Shown: one piece after another, positions 1 to 13,731 of the stretch
How the letters are laid out: every line of letters starts with the position of its first letter
How positions within the stretch are numbered: the first letter of the stretch is position 1
Origin: Lama glama
Lineage: Eukaryota
Reading direction: 5' to 3'
Assembly: GCA_028534125.1 (NCBI GenBank)
Contig: CM052816.1
Location: 3,722,001 to 3,786,000 of the forward strand
Length of the DNA stretch: 64,000 bases
Translations under genes and position numbers: made by a program
Notes under the pieces: model-generated
Told to the model about the DNA's origin: nothing
Databases searched by the model: none
What the model saw: only the letters and a program-made list of their open reading frames with translations

Positions 1-700
1 TCATAGGCCAGGTGAGAAATGATGATGGCCTAAAGAACTTAGAGTTAAAAAAAAAAGGGTGGGGGAGGGTGACTGTGAGAGCTATTAAGGAGGCAGAATT
101 GAAAGAATTTAGTGATAGGAGGGGTGAGGGAGTAAGACATGTCCAGGTTTTGGTAGGGGACCACAAGTTCAATTTCAGCTCTGTTGAATTTCAGGTACCT
201 GTGGAGTTTCCAGATTAAGATGTATTATGTAGGGGACTGGGTATACAGGTATACAGCTCAGGGTAGAGTTCTTAACCACTGGTATATAAGCTTAGACGCA
301 CTGGATGCAAATGATCACGGAAACCAGGAGAATAGGTGAAATTATCCAATAAATGGTCACAGTGATGTAAAAAGACAACCAAGGTCAGACTTTGAAGGGA
401 TTCTGACCCTGAAAGTTTGGGTATGGGACAATAAGCCATCAAAGGTAAGCTGAAATGAAATGCCTAGAGAGGCAGAAAGAGACCAGGAATGGGGTAACAT
501 AGTCAAGAATAAAAAGCATTTCAAGAAGGTGGGAAGAGTTACCTATGTGCTTAATTGGTACTCAGAGGTAAGAAGAGGAATTAAAATGTCCATGGAACTT
601 AGCAACATGGAGGTCATTTACATCATAGGAGGCAAGAGCTACCACAGGAGAGGTATAGCGAGACAGTTGAGTACTGGATGCTGAATATTAGACTAGACTG
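1..700 (-). mobile_element. L2 LINE remnant
   Basis: Purine-rich antisense L2 motifs ccaggtgagaaatgatgatggc and aagttcaatttcagctctgttgaatttcaggtacct. Confidence 0.6.
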
Positions 701-917
701 AAGACCCAGTAATGGTTAGTAACCAAACTTTCACAGGGGCAGCAGTCTGCTCTGTGACCCGGGCTGGGTCGAGAAGCACGTGCTCCGCTGCCTCGATGCC
801 GGCACGCAGCAGCGGGGTACGCGGGTTCATCTAGGTTGGGGATTTTAACTGACACACACAGTGAAAGTAGACTGCAACAAGTTCAGGGTTGCACAGGAAG
901 ACTGTGAAGAGGAATAC

Positions 918-1110
918 GCCACTGGGCAAGTTATTTAGCTTCTTCTAGACTCATTTTTCAACTTTGTGGAACAAGGATAATAATAGTGCTTCTCTCATCA
1001 AGCTATTGTGAGGATTAGAGAATATACACACACACAAACACACACAAATTATATACATGTAGTGCTATGTGTACCTCGTTCATCAAAGTGCTCAATAAAT
1101 GACATTATCA
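918..1110 (+). mobile_element. MIR SINE
   Basis: ctgggcaagttatttagcttctct...ataataatagtgc...ttgtgaggatta...gtgctcaataaatg. Confidence 0.7.
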
Positions 1111-2389
1111 TTTACTAATGATGTTGATGACAACAACAGAAGGCTGGAATAACCAAAAATACCACTAAATGATGTGAAGGTTAACGACAGAGAAAAATAA
1201 GATGCGTTTCCTTTTAAATAGTCTAACAATTTAACTGAACCAGCCATACCATCAAGGTGCACATTTTAAATAATTGTGTGGAATGTGCAACCACAGAGCA
1301 ATTTCAGATTCATGTATAAAAATATTCTGGCAAGATATGAAGAGACAAGCAGTTTAATTAAACAAACTCTACTCTAGAAACCAACAGACCAGAAATCATG
1401 CTTGGTGTATCATTAAGCCAAAATTGGAAAAAATAAAAGGAACCATCCAAGCAGCAAGCAACCTCATTTCTGTTTCTTATGACTACATTATTTTTGAAAG
1501 TAAATAAAACCACACACTAAAACAAATAATTTCAACTCACTGGTGTTGGATAACAATGGTGGAACATCAGAATATGGCAATCTCTTAAATTAGGACAGTT
1601 TATGAACAAGAGAGCACCTGCAGCAACAAGCTGAGAAGCCTTCCTGACATGAAAAGCAGAGCTGGGCATCAGAGAGACTCCCTGGCTCTCAAAAAATGAT
1701 CCACTCTGTGTCCCATGAATGGGACGACTGTGGCACTCCACTCTTAGTCCTGGGACCGGTGGCCAGAATCAGACCAAAGGTGCAGGGAGAGAGGGAGGGA
1801 ATGCTCATGCAACTGTGCGACCAAGTCAAGGAAAGCTTGCCCTTCTGCGTGAGAGGGAGGGTAAGGTGGGGGCCCCGAATACACAGCCTCCTCCTCCGTC
1901 CAGATCTCAGCTCTCAAGTGCCTCTCACAGCATGAGAGCAATCAAGACTCAGAGTGTCACCAGATGCAGGGGAGACCTAAGAAAACAACACGAATAGGAT
2001 TTTAAGGGTTTCCCGGTCATTGAAAAAGAAGGAGAACATTTTGTTCCTGTGGTCAGGTGGGTTGGGGGTGATGCTGTCCTATGGAGAAGGAAATTGAAAC
2101 ACTAATTGAGGACCGTGAAGAAACACTGCCTAAAAAAATAATTGGAGAAACTTAAAAAGTCATTTTCGGAAGATGAGGAGGATGAGGACTTGAAAAGCGA
2201 AACCAGCAAGCTGAAATTGTAATTAAAGTGCTGGCCGTCTCAAAGCATTAACACACCTGAATGATTAAATTTCAGAATTATCATGAAAGCAAGCCTCCAT
2301 ATGGACACACTTCACAGGTGACTTAAACAGTACTTCGGATGAAGTGATTTTTACCTTATCCGCTGACTTTATCCCTAGTATGGCCAGCA

Positions 2390-2845
2390 TGTTATTTTAT
2401 CAACACTCATTTCTCCCCTGCCAACAAAATAACCAGTATTATCCATGGAAGCCAAATGCCCAGCTAAATCATCACTTGCCCAGACTCCCTTGAAGCTAGT
2501 GGTGACCATATGACATGATTCTGTCTAATGAAATACAGGTTGAAATCTACTGGGGTGGCATTAGGGAAGCTTTTACCCTCCTAAAAGAGGGTACAGATGT
2601 GGAAGGTTCCCTTCTTTCTACCTGAATATCAACATAATGTCTGGAGCTGTAAGAGCCAGCTTCCCAGCATGAGACGAAGACCAAGAGGATTTCAGGTACG
2701 TTGGCCCAGAACGCTAAGCCACCAGCAGCTGTCTCCCACTGGACTCCTTCTCACGGGACAAGTCCCTTCCTGTTATGTGTCTGAACCACCTTATGAGAAT
2801 TCTGTTACTCCCCCTGCCTAAGGTGCAATACCGTTCCAACCCAAG
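2390..2845. mobile_element. Old ERVL/MaLR LTR (LTR16/MLT1-like)
   Basis: cccagactcccttgaagctagtggtgaccatatgacatgattctgtctaatgaaat and ctggagctgtaagagccagcttcccagcatgag. Confidence 0.6.
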
Positions 2846-3799
2846 ACGAAGGAGAGAAAAGCAAACTGACCCTTTAAGGGGCTCAGATTCTTCACCTAGA
2901 ACGTTTTTGCTCTCAACCAAAGGACCGAAAATTGAAAACCACATTTACTGTGCTTTCTTACTAGACTGAAGTAGCTTTTCATTGAATGGGGGGCGGGGTT
3001 GTGCTTCCCTACTCCTGGGCCTTTTGTCATGAGGTTCTCAGCCAGAAAGTACCTTTCTTTCCTTTTCAGTGCATCTAATCCTTGAAGGCCCAGCTCCAAC
3101 ACCATCTCCATAATGAAGCCTTCCCGGGTCTGCTCCCAGTTGTCCTTAACTGCTCCTTCTTTTGTGTGTGTGTAACACACAACTGGTAACGGGGATGAGC
3201 GCTCATCTCAGTCTATCTTGTGAGACGGTTTACTTAGTGTGTTTTGCCTTCATTATCACATAAGCTACTTCAAGTCAAGAACCATGCCATGGGAGTATTT
3301 GAGCTTTCCTAGACAAGTAGCTACGAACAAACCTCCATGTTCTGAATTTAGTTTCACTTAAGCAGGAAAAGTTGCAGAATGAGAAAGAAGCTTCTGGAGG
3401 GAAGAGGTATGACTGGCCAGTATCAGCTACGCCTTACTTAATTTTGTCCAGGAGAGGAAATGGTTACGTGGTCTCAGTGGGACAGCCTCCGATCAGCTTT
3501 TCTTTCTAACAGCTCTCTCATAACCTCTCTAACTGACTGCATTCAGTGCACCTTCCCAGAGCCCTGCTGTGGCAGGTTTCTTGTCTGGTTTATGACCTTT
3601 ACTGAGCTCCCTACAACAGGAAGCCCAAATTTTTAACACAGTGTAATGAGAAGGAGCCCACTTCTTTGGCTCCGTCCGTGGCTCGGCCATTGTTTTAAAT
3701 ATTGATCTATGTTTGCTACCCCTACTTCTGTTTCCCTTCCATTTCAAGCAGATAGCCAGGGCCTCTGCATATGTTTGATGTTTGTCTGTTTCCACAAAG

Positions 3800-4085
3800 T
3801 AAAATGTACTCCTTGTGGTATATAGTTGTATGAGTTTTGACAAAGAGAGTCGTGTATCGACCGCTTTAAGCAAACACAGCACAATCTCCTCACTCTGAAA
3901 ATCCCCTGGGGCCCCCCTGTGGCAGTCAGTCTCTCTGTCTCAAGCCCTAACTCCTGGCTCCCATTGTTCCTGGGTCCTGTGGTGTTACCTTTTCTAGAAA
4001 GTCTTCTAAGTGGAATCATTCAGTAGAGAGTTTGGGGATTGGCTTTAACTTAGCGAAACACATTTGAGTCTCATGATGGAAGGTG
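3800..4085 (-). mobile_element. Old L1M 3'UTR fragment
   Basis: Motifs tatatagttgtatgagttttgacaaa, ccttttctagaaagtctt and tggaatcattcag. Confidence 0.6.
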
Positions 4086-4629
4086 TTCAGTGGATCAGAA
4101 GCAGAGCTCCCTTAAACCAGCAGCTATTCCTGAGCTTTGTAAAGACCTAAACTTAGTGAAGAGTGGCTGTCCTCCAGGTGACAGGGAAAGAGAGGAGTGC
4201 CTTGGAAGGAAGCCAAGCAGGGAGGCAGATTTTGCCCGATTTAGAAGAAATGAGAGATCTAAGGTCCTTTGAAGATCACCCTACGGAGGTGACAAGCTCT
4301 CAGAAGGGACAGCTGTGTCATGCCCCTGGAAGGCAGGACCCCTGGCACAGGAGCCCAGAGCCCTAGCAAGGATTCCTGGACTGCCTCTATGGCATGAAAT
4401 TTGAGAGTCGATGCTGTTTCAAAGACCACACAGGCCAAGAAAATGGAAACATGAGAGGTGGTCTTAAACGATCAAGGATTAGTAGGCTTGCCTATGTTTT
4501 CTTGACACCATGTATGCTTTCTCAATTTCCGAGCAACCCAGTAATGATGGAGGTGGAATTTCCTGTCAGACTACAGTGGGAGTTCAGAGTCCTATTTAGA
4601 GAATAAAAGTCGTATCAAGATCTGACAAC

Positions 4630-5340
4630 TTTTAAGTGCTTGCTATTTGACAGGCATCTTCCCCAGCACTTCCCTTTAACACATTTAATTCTCACTGCAC
4701 TCCTATGAGGTACATGCTGTCATCTCCCTATTTTTAGATGACAAAACAGGAACTCAGAAGGGTTTGTAATGGGAAGAACAAATCTGACTCCATACTAGAT
4801 CTATTCCTTTAGCTCTAACCCTGTGCTCTGTCTCCTGTGCTTAGTCATGTTGGTTCTGCAACTTCTGTAAAAGAATGTTGCCTAGAGCCTGAAATAGACA
4901 GGAGAGCCCCTTCTCAAGGCTCTCATCTTTGAGAATATACCACTTTTCCGTTCATATAGAGATCAAATGTTGCAGGACAAAGAATAAGGAGGAGGTTTAC
5001 AGGACCATCATGACCTGACCTAACTAAACTTATCAAAACCAAGAAGTGTGTAACAACCAACCACACCCCCCCCCCCTTTTTTTTTTTTTTAGCATAAAAG
5101 GAGCCTGAATTCTGACTTGGGGAAGATGGTTCTCCAGGACGTTAGTCGCCCATCTTTTTGGTCTGTTGGCTTTCCGAATAAAGTCGTTATTCCTTGTCCA
5201 AACACCTCATCTGCAGATTTACTGGCCTGCTGCACAGTGAGCAGAATGAGTCTGGACTCGGTAACAGGTTCACTGAGGTGGGTGTGGGAACCAGAAACTG
5301 AACTCAGACAAATCTAGCTCCAAAGCCCATGTTCTAAACT
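4630..5340 (-). mobile_element. MIR split by the solo LTR at 4765-5266
   Basis: MIR core cctatgaggtacatgctgtcatctccctatttttagatgac lies before the LTR and ctagctccaaagccc after it. Confidence 0.65.
4765..5266 (+). mobile_element. Solo ERV LTR (ERV1-like, ~502 bp) inserted into a MIR
   Basis: Starts TGTAAT and ends GGTAACA, with a perfect 4-bp TSD GGTT (4761-4764 / 5267-5270). Has a TATA-like agcataaaa near 5091 and AATAAA near 5177. Homologous to 47628-48146. Confidence 0.9.
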
Positions 5341-7384
5341 CAGGGCTGGACCTGTTATTCCTTCCATCATGAGTTTGGGAATTAAGAGTCAGACTCCAAA
5401 AATCTCTTCCTCCAGGAACAGAGCACAGAGTACTCATGTTTTGTTGGGCATGTCCTACTCACAGCCATTTCTCTGCTGAAGGGTCATCTAGATGGTCCTG
5501 TTGGAAATGCTACCTGTCCACACCTGGCCAGTCAGACTCTAGCTTGAAAACTGAAACTAAGCAACACAGAGGACAGCGTCGGGAAGTGACAGATACAAGA
5601 CCAGGAAAACTAACACTGAGAACCGAGAATCATGCTAAGTGCATTTACAGCTGTATTTCCTTTCATCTTCATGGCAACCTTATGAATTGAGAAATGCAGA
5701 CTTAGACTGGTTAAGTAATAACTCACCCACTATTATAAAGCTAGTTAGTAGTTGAGCTGGGATAAGAACTCAGATAAACTAGTTCCCCAGATCACAAACC
5801 CTGACTTGGTACTGAATTACCTTGGAACTTGAATTAGAGGATATAGCTATGGGAAAAAAAGGCAGTGAAAAAAAAGTTAAAGTTTAATTTTCAGCTGTGT
5901 CCATCATTGCAAATCTTTGAGATTTTTGCAAGAAACAAAGTCTGAAGAAAGAACTTCAAAAGAAGATGTCACATCTGTCTATGAGGCAAGGGACCAATGG
6001 AAGAGTGACCATGTCTCTGTTGAACATTCCTTCACTCTATTTTTGATATTGGAACAATCATTTGCTTTGAGGAAACTAACTAGGGCTGAAAAATCACATG
6101 TCCCTGCCCACCACCCACAAATACACAGAAGGGAACATGATCCAGGCTGGCCAATCAGGTTATATGATTCCCCAAAAAGAGTGCTCCATCCAAGAGCATG
6201 TGACCCAAGCAAGGCCAATCAGCTCTTTGCAAGGGTTGCTATGGCTGCCTGGACAACAGAGTTCCTCCTTTTTTCTGAGATGATTCGGCTAAGAAGCTAC
6301 CTAAAGGAAACCAATGTGGAGGGGTGGGGGGAACATATTAAAAGCACTGAAAAATGTCTTACCTGAAAATGTCAAGTATTTAGTGAGAGCACATTCCCAT
6401 TTTTCTTTTCTTTCTTTTTTTAATTTTTATTTTAAGCCTGATTGATTTTGTCTTCTGTCCCTTATCCTAAATAATGCATTATTTTCCTCGTGGGGCAGAG
6501 GAGTCTATGTCATGACTATCTGTCCCTCACACACCACATCACTAAAGAAGGGAGACTGTTCTCTGGAGCCTGCAAACAAGGCTATCTTTGGAGAGAGATG
6601 GTTATTCCTCTACCACTCTACCCCCAATGCCCGCTCAATATGACACGGAAATCCACAGGGCAACAAAGCCAGCCAATTCTCACTACCAGACGAGAGATGT
6701 GAAAGTGAGCAGGCTGGGAAGTGTCCTTTTGGTGTGACTTGGTGTACATCACCTTTGAGGCCATTTAGCATCTCTGTCTGTTTGACAAGCCAGGGGCAAA
6801 CACTTTTTGGTTTTTTTTTTTGCTTTTTCCTCTACTCCTATAAACAGTGGCAACGTAACATAATAAGAAAAAAAACCCTGTCTATGAGGTCTGAATTAGT
6901 CAGCACCAAAGAGTATGGTCTTGGATGTTGAATTGCTTTTCTTTTCAAGAAGGAAGGGGAAAAAAGCATGTGTCCATGCCCACATCTGCAGAGCTGTATA
7001 GCTCGATTAGGGTATTTGCTAAGAGTACTGTGGGCTGCTCTGTCAATCCAAGTGACAGGTAATCAATACTAATCTGATGCCAGTTGATTCTTCCTTTCCC
7101 TTAAACAGGATTAAGGTATACTATCTATGAACATATTTTATCCCAGGCTGTAAATCCCCATGCTTTAACATAAGTACTTTAGTATCTCTCTTTTAACGGA
7201 ATGCATGTGTAAACAAGGAAATAGAGATGAATTACCAAGTTGTCCTGAAAAATGCCTTTCTGATGCACTACGAAAATGTTTTTGCTTTCGAGGCAATAAT
7301 AAATAGATCAGGCATTTCCCATCATTTTATATTGTGATCTATATCTCAGTCTCTGGGAGAACCTATTAACACCCAGAGTGTCTT

Positions 7385-7913
7385 TTTTTTTTTTTTAAGT
7401 GAAGTATAGTCAGTTTACACTGTTGTGTCAGTTTCTGGCGTACAGCACAATAGTTCAGTCATACATATATTTGTTTTCATATTCTTTTCCATTATAGGTT
7501 ACTGTAAGATATTGAATATAGTTTCTTGGGCTATACAGTATGAACTTGTTGTTTATCTATATAGTAGTTGGTATCTGTAAATCTCAGTCTCCCATTTTAT
7601 CCCTTCCCACCCACTTCCCCACCTGGTAACCATAAGTCTGTATTCCATGTCTGTGAGTCTGTTTCCATTTTGTAAATGAGTTCATTTGCCCTTTTTTTTA
7701 GATTCCACATAAATGATATCATATGGTATTTTTCTTTCTCCTTTTGGCTTACTTCATTTAGTATGATAATCTCCAGTTCCATCCATGTTGCTGCAAATGG
7801 CATTGTTTTATTCTTTCTTATGGCTGAGTAGTATTCCATTGTATGAATGTACCACAACTTCTTTATCCAGTTATCTGTTGATGGACATTTAGGTTGTTTC
7901 CATGTCTTGGCTT
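7385..7913 (-). mobile_element. 5'-truncated LINE-1 (ORF2 C-terminus, 3'UTR, polyA)
   Basis: ORF 7597-7857 (MWYIHTMEYYSAIRKNKTMPFAATWMELEIIILNEVSQ) is the L1 ORF2 C-terminus. PolyT run on + strand at the low-coordinate end; TSD agagtgtctt at 7375-7384 / 7914-7923. Confidence 0.93.
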
Positions 7914-10900
7914 AGAGTGTCTTATGGACAAAGTGCTCTTTCTGGGCTGGTGCAGGTGGATTTTTCTTTTCTTTTTCCCTGTTTGCTTGTTTATACCTTC
8001 ATTTCTTCCTTTAGCCAGGATTTACTTAGTGCCTCCTATGGGTTAGGCAATGTCACAGGTCCCAGAGATTGGAATGAGGAGCCGTAGTAATGTCTACTGG
8101 TCCCACAATGTGCCCTAGTATTTTCCAATATGCCCACAGCCAGTTGGGCTAGTTCACACCAAACATCAAGCTTTCTTATCCTGCACCATCTCAGCCTGTT
8201 CACATGCACAAGAGCTGGTCTGAAACAACAATGACTTAATCCCTGGAAATCATTTCCTGGGGATTTTCACATACTTGTAAATTCTTATAAACACCCATAT
8301 GAAAGGATCAGGGGAGATGAACTTAAGTGGCTCCTTTAAGGTCAAGCATCTAATATATGACAAATACTTGATGAGCTATGATAAAATCTACCTCCCAGGT
8401 TGTTGTAAGTCTTCAGAGAGTTAACGCAGGTTAACTCAGAACAGTGCCTGGCATGCAGTAAGAGTACAATAAATGTTAACTGTGATGCTGATGTTCCTGT
8501 TTAGAAACAGACATAAGCCACGGCTACTGTCAATCTGCCTGTCCATCTCTGGGTTGGTCCATCCACCAGTCCATCTACCCGTCATTTACTGTGTATCAGG
8601 CACGATGAAAATGCTGAGATTCAGTGCTGAACAAGTCGATCCTTTCATACCTCTAATGGTCTACAGACCGATTTTTCAGTCTTTGGAATCAGATTTCACC
8701 CATGACAATGGCAGAGTTGAGTAGTTGTGACAGAGACCCAGTGGTCGACAAATGAAAAATATTTACTGTCAGGCTCTTTACAGAAAAAAAAAAAGGGGGG
8801 TCCTGCCTGGATTACTCTACCTTTTCATCCTCTTAGCTGTTCTACTTGGTCATCCCTTGGAATCTAAGAAATGAAAGGTGATGATTTGCTTATACGGGCC
8901 AATCAGCTTGTCTATATTTGAAACTTTGCCCTAAATGCAGAAATGTACTTTATGGTTTTGGTCTTACTGATTTTCCCAGAGGACTTCTGTGAATTGCCCT
9001 CTATGGGTGGCTGGATAACCTTGTGAATGTATTCTTTCAAAGCACGAACTCACTCTTCCGTGGTCCTGCTGCTTTCTTCCAAAATATTGTCTCTTTATTA
9101 TGCCTCGAATATTTTCAGCAATCCTTGGACCCCTTATGATCTCATGCTTGGCCCAATTTTCCCCATTATGTGACTCACTGGGAAAAGAATATCATTCTTG
9201 GGCTTCTTTGCTAGAATTCTTTTTTATCAGCTTTACTCTGGCTTTTATTGCTTAAGTCTGTGCTGGTTATGTTGTGGGACAGTCAGAGTTTTTCTTTCGA
9301 AAATATTATTTTGCATGAGTGTTTTAAATATTCATGTTAACTGTTGAATTATAGGAAACATTCACGGTTCTCACAAGAACAGTAATTGACTCTAACCTGA
9401 ATCCAGGCACTTTAACTGTATTAAGTTATTCAATTATCTTAACATCTAACAAGTCAGGCACTGTTATCGTCTCCATTTGCAGATGAGGAAACAGGTTTTA
9501 AGAGAAGAGATTAATTTGTGAATGATAAAAAAGTAACTTGCTGAGACCTCGGTGTGCCTGAGGACCTGCGGTAAGTGTGGAATGGCTGTCTCACCTCGGA
9601 GAGCAGGGCTGGCCGCCCCACTGCGCACGGAAGTGAGCAACCAGTGAGGTTGCTGACGTGCTTGTGATCCCACCACAGTAAGTGGGGCACCAGGACCTGA
9701 TGCTGAAATATGACTGGGGTCAGAAGGTGTGTTCTGGGGACTCCTACTTAAAACCTACCCTATGGTTGACTCACAAGGACATCCACCTCCTTCCTCTACG
9801 TCCCCAGTGGAGCAAATGTGGTGGCTGCGTGCAGCTCCCTCACTGAGAAATGACTTTAGAATGTTCTGGGCACTTCCTTTCTGTGGTTTGATGATCAGGA
9901 TGGTGGAAGGATAAGACAAAAGCTGTTACGGCGACATCTTCCCCTAAATGTGAATCAGCTTTCGAATCTCAAGGATGCCCGATTCCATTTATTTATTTAC
10001 TACCTCTTGTTTTTAAAATGAACCCTAATCCAAGTTCCGATCAGTAATGCAAGGTAAATATTGGAAGTCCTGTATATTAAGAAATACATACTGTAAATGA
10101 GAAGTTACCAGTGAGCTACGGAAGTTGACTAAAGACACTCCCAAGAGCTATACTTCTATATCCTGAACTTGCAAGCAATCTTATAGCTACATTTTGATAA
10201 CTGAACCGAGCCGCTCTTGGCCCTTGCCACTTCATCTCTGTAGGTGATGGGGTACAGTCTTTCCCATCAAACTGCAGATATCGCTTCTATACTTTACTAA
10301 GGCAGAGACACAGCTTTAATTTATGGTAATGTGGGTACTAAAACCTGGGTCTTTTAATTCACTGTCTAGGTGTTTTTTCCTATTTCATGTTACAGCATGA
10401 TTCTGGTTAATACGTTTGAATACTGGGTCTCTCACCTTGAATTTCCCACCAAACTTGCTGTGTGACCGTCAGCCTTTTAACTGTTCTGGGCTTTGTTTCT
10501 ACATCTAAAAAGTGAACATAATCCACTGCCCAGTCTATGGCTGACGTTATCACGGAGACCAAATGAGAAGTGAATGAGCTTTTCAACCTGCACTGCAAAA
10601 TACAAATGCAAGTAACAAACAGTGCTGCCTGGGGAATCTACCCAGATCAAATAAAGACTCCCTTCCAGTCTTTAAAAACGACCCCTTGCATAAGTTGGCT
10701 CTATTAGTCAGATTAGCAAGCTAAGTATTTAAAACGAAAGGCAAGAAAGACTTCCATCTGTTTCTGCTAAACTCTCTGTCTGCACCGCTCTCAAAAAGCC
10801 CCACCCCAAGTTCCAATGTTAGGGACACTGGACATTGTCCAATCAATACGCCCAGTCTCATTTTTCTGAATCTTCTTACTCAGGCAACGCAAAACTCCTT

Positions 10901-11960
10901 CCAGATGCTCGTGACAAATGCAAGCAGCCCAAGGAAAAGGCCTGCTGAACGGACGATGCTGACATCCCCACCCCAGTCCACTAGCGCAAAGGATATTCAG
11001 AGACCCAGGGACCCCTCAGACATCATCCTCCTCACAGGTGAGTGATTCTAACTTGAGGAATTATTTCAAGATTGGGCCAAATCAGCCTTAAAGGAAGAAA
11101 AGGAAATACTACCAATTTCAGCACATCTCAGAATTTTACACTGTCGACCCAGCGATGAGCTCTGTGATGAGCGTTACTGTAACAGTCTACACGCCACGCA
11201 GCTAAGACTCAGCACACGGCTTGGCATTTGCCATTTTAAATGCCTGGTATGACAGTCTCCTCGGCCCCAGTAAGAGCAGGTTTTTGTACTGAGGAAACAA
11301 CATCTGTTCTCAATGGGCAGGGATGCGGGAGAAGCATCAAAAACAAGGGATGTCATAACGGTTTGACGCAGAGCTAAATGCACGTGGGCCCTTGACCAAT
11401 GTCAGTCAAGTCATAACGCCTCTTTGGGGCGATTATGCCTGCAAGATCATAGAAGTGAGGGAAAGGATATTCATCTACACGAAAGGCTTAACATACGCGG
11501 CATGAGGAAGTGATGGAACTTCCTGTTAGGAACGTCTTGTCCAGGCTGCTACAATCCTTACTTGACGGATGAAAGGAGGCCATCACACTCCTCCGGATGG
11601 GAGGCAGAGACTCCAACCTCGACCCTGTCACTTCTGTTCCCCCGACTCCAAAGAGCCGTCTCCTGCACAGCTCCATCTTGAGCTCCTTGCTTCTGCCAAG
11701 GAAGAAGGCAAAAACAAGGGCCGTGGCCCGGGCGCGCGCGCGAGAGAAAGGTCACCCTCACCGTGACTGAGACTCACTGCGTACCTGCTGTGTGTGTATG
11801 TCCTGACATCAGGCGCCACGGAGGGGGAAAGAATGTAATCCACAATCTTGAGAAATCACTAAGCACACATGACCTGTCAAGGGGACGAAGGACACGGAGC
11901 CAGCAGCACTCACGTTTATTTACAGTAGGTGTCCAGTGTTCTGTACACCTTCCCTCCGGT

Positions 11961-12170
11961 CCGTGGCTTCTCACACTTGGTATTACTACTATTTGGGGCT
12001 GTCCTGTGAATTGCAGAATGTTAAGCAGCATCCTTGTCCTCTACCCATTACATACTGGTAGCAACGCACCCTTCCTTCCCGCTTTACTGCAAGTTGTGAT
12101 AACCAAAGATACCTGTAGACATTTGTACACATTTCCCTGGGGGGAAAACCTGTCCCTGTGAGAATCATTG
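11961..12170. mobile_element. MER20-like hAT-Charlie MITE
   Basis: ggggctgtcctgtgaattgcagaatgttaagcagcatcc...gttgtgataaccaaagatacctgtagacatt...tgagaatcattg. Confidence 0.75.
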
Positions 12171-12439
12171 TTCAGGACTAGTGTGTTGAAACCCCCCCCC
12201 AACAGCTCCGAGCTAACCCCACCTTCAGAATCTAACGACAGAGCTAGCTCCATGCAGAACAGTAAGCGCCTTCATCTGCTCTGAGATACTAAACATGAGA
12301 TGATACAGACGTACCTCTGAGTGTGGCATCCTGTCTTCTTCTTGCTATATTGCAGCTGAATCCCCAGCTTAACACAGAGATTGCACATAGTAAGTGCTCA
12401 CTAAGCACTTACATTCAAACAGGGGACCTCGCCTGGGGA

Positions 12440-12910
12440 CAGACACCAGGGATTCATGGATAGAGTTCACTGGGCATGTGACTTTGAAGGGGCAGGATTT
12501 TACATCATTATTTTCCCTCATCTTTAACTGAAATCTAGGATGTCCTTTGATTACAATGTAGAAAATGAACTTCAATAATTATCACTCTGTGACTGTCACC
12601 CGGAGAAATTACAGATGGTTTCTTATCAGAGTAAAAGCACATCTCAACATATCATTTATGCTTATCACTACTTTGAAATGATGGCAATTATTAGGGATGT
12701 AACTACATCTTTTAAGATGTTTTTAACAAAGACAGACATATATTATTACATCACAAAATAGTTTTTCATATGTTTATGACTTTATCATGATTTTGTTTGG
12801 TAAACTGAGGCTTTTTGTATAATGGGTTAAAAATACAATTCTGAGAAGAGATGCTCAGCAGCTTGACAAAAGGGTCCACGGCAGAAAAAGGGAGAAGAAC
12901 ACTTGCTTTT
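12440..12910. mobile_element. hAT-Charlie-type DNA transposon remnant
   Basis: cagggattcatggataga...ctttaactgaaat...aaagggtccacggcagaaaaagggagaagaacac; subfamily not assigned. Confidence 0.5.
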
Positions 12911-13537
12911 GGATGACCAGCTAACATAAATGTCAGGCAGGTGTTCAGAGGTCATAGTCAAATCTCTCTGAACTTCCTGCATCATCCGCAGTGGTACTCA
13001 GAGCAGGGTCTAACCACTGTTACGTGGGTGTGGGTGGCTTGTCTCGTCTGAGTCCCGGTATGACGTCAGGGCAGAAACACACACTAGCTGAGTAGCCTCA
13101 GGGAAGCGGTTTTGCTCCACAGGCTTCATCTCTTAATCTCTAAGATGGAGATTTGGGGATTTCTTTTCTCTCTCTCTCTTTCTTTTCTTTTCTTTTCGTT
13201 TCTCCCCCATCCTGAGTCGCTTCAAGGATGATTCTGAGACCCAAATAAGGTGACAGCCAAACATGTGCAAGTATTCCAATCTAATTCCATGCCACTACAC
13301 AGAGGGTGATGATGCATTCAGTTCTCTAGCATTTCCTGAGCTTGTGTGCATTAGCCCACCCATGACGTGGGGCAGCACAGACATTCCCCCAAACTGGCTT
13401 CTCACACTTGTTTAATTGCTCCGTCTGAGCATCATGGAAGGAAAGAAGGAAATGAGGACAGGACAAAGACTGAGAGAGAAAAGGAGAAAAAGATTCATCT
13501 TCAACATCAGGCAGCTTAATTGCTATCCCATAGTTCA

Positions 13538-13731
13538 CTGTTTTCAATTGAAGTATATTTGATGTACAATGTTGTGTTAGTTTCTGGTGCACAGCATAGT
13601 GATTCGGTTACACACACACACACACACACACACTCGTCATATTCTTTTTCATTACTGGTTATTATAAGATACTGAATATAGTTCCCTATGCTCTACAGTG
13701 TTGTTATCCACAGTTTATCCTTATTGTTTAT
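13538..13731 (-). mobile_element. Short L1 3'-end insertion containing (AC)n
   Basis: ttcaattgaagtata...tttctggtgcacagcatagtgattc is L1 3'UTR. TSD ccatagttca at 13528-13537 / 13732-13741. Confidence 0.8.

Noticed and set aside
13241..13250. Isolated perfect CArG boxes (13241, 30282, 59140) and a CRE palindrome (13061)
   Set aside because: A handful of CC(A/T)6GG matches is expected by chance in 64 kb, and several lie within repeat remnants.
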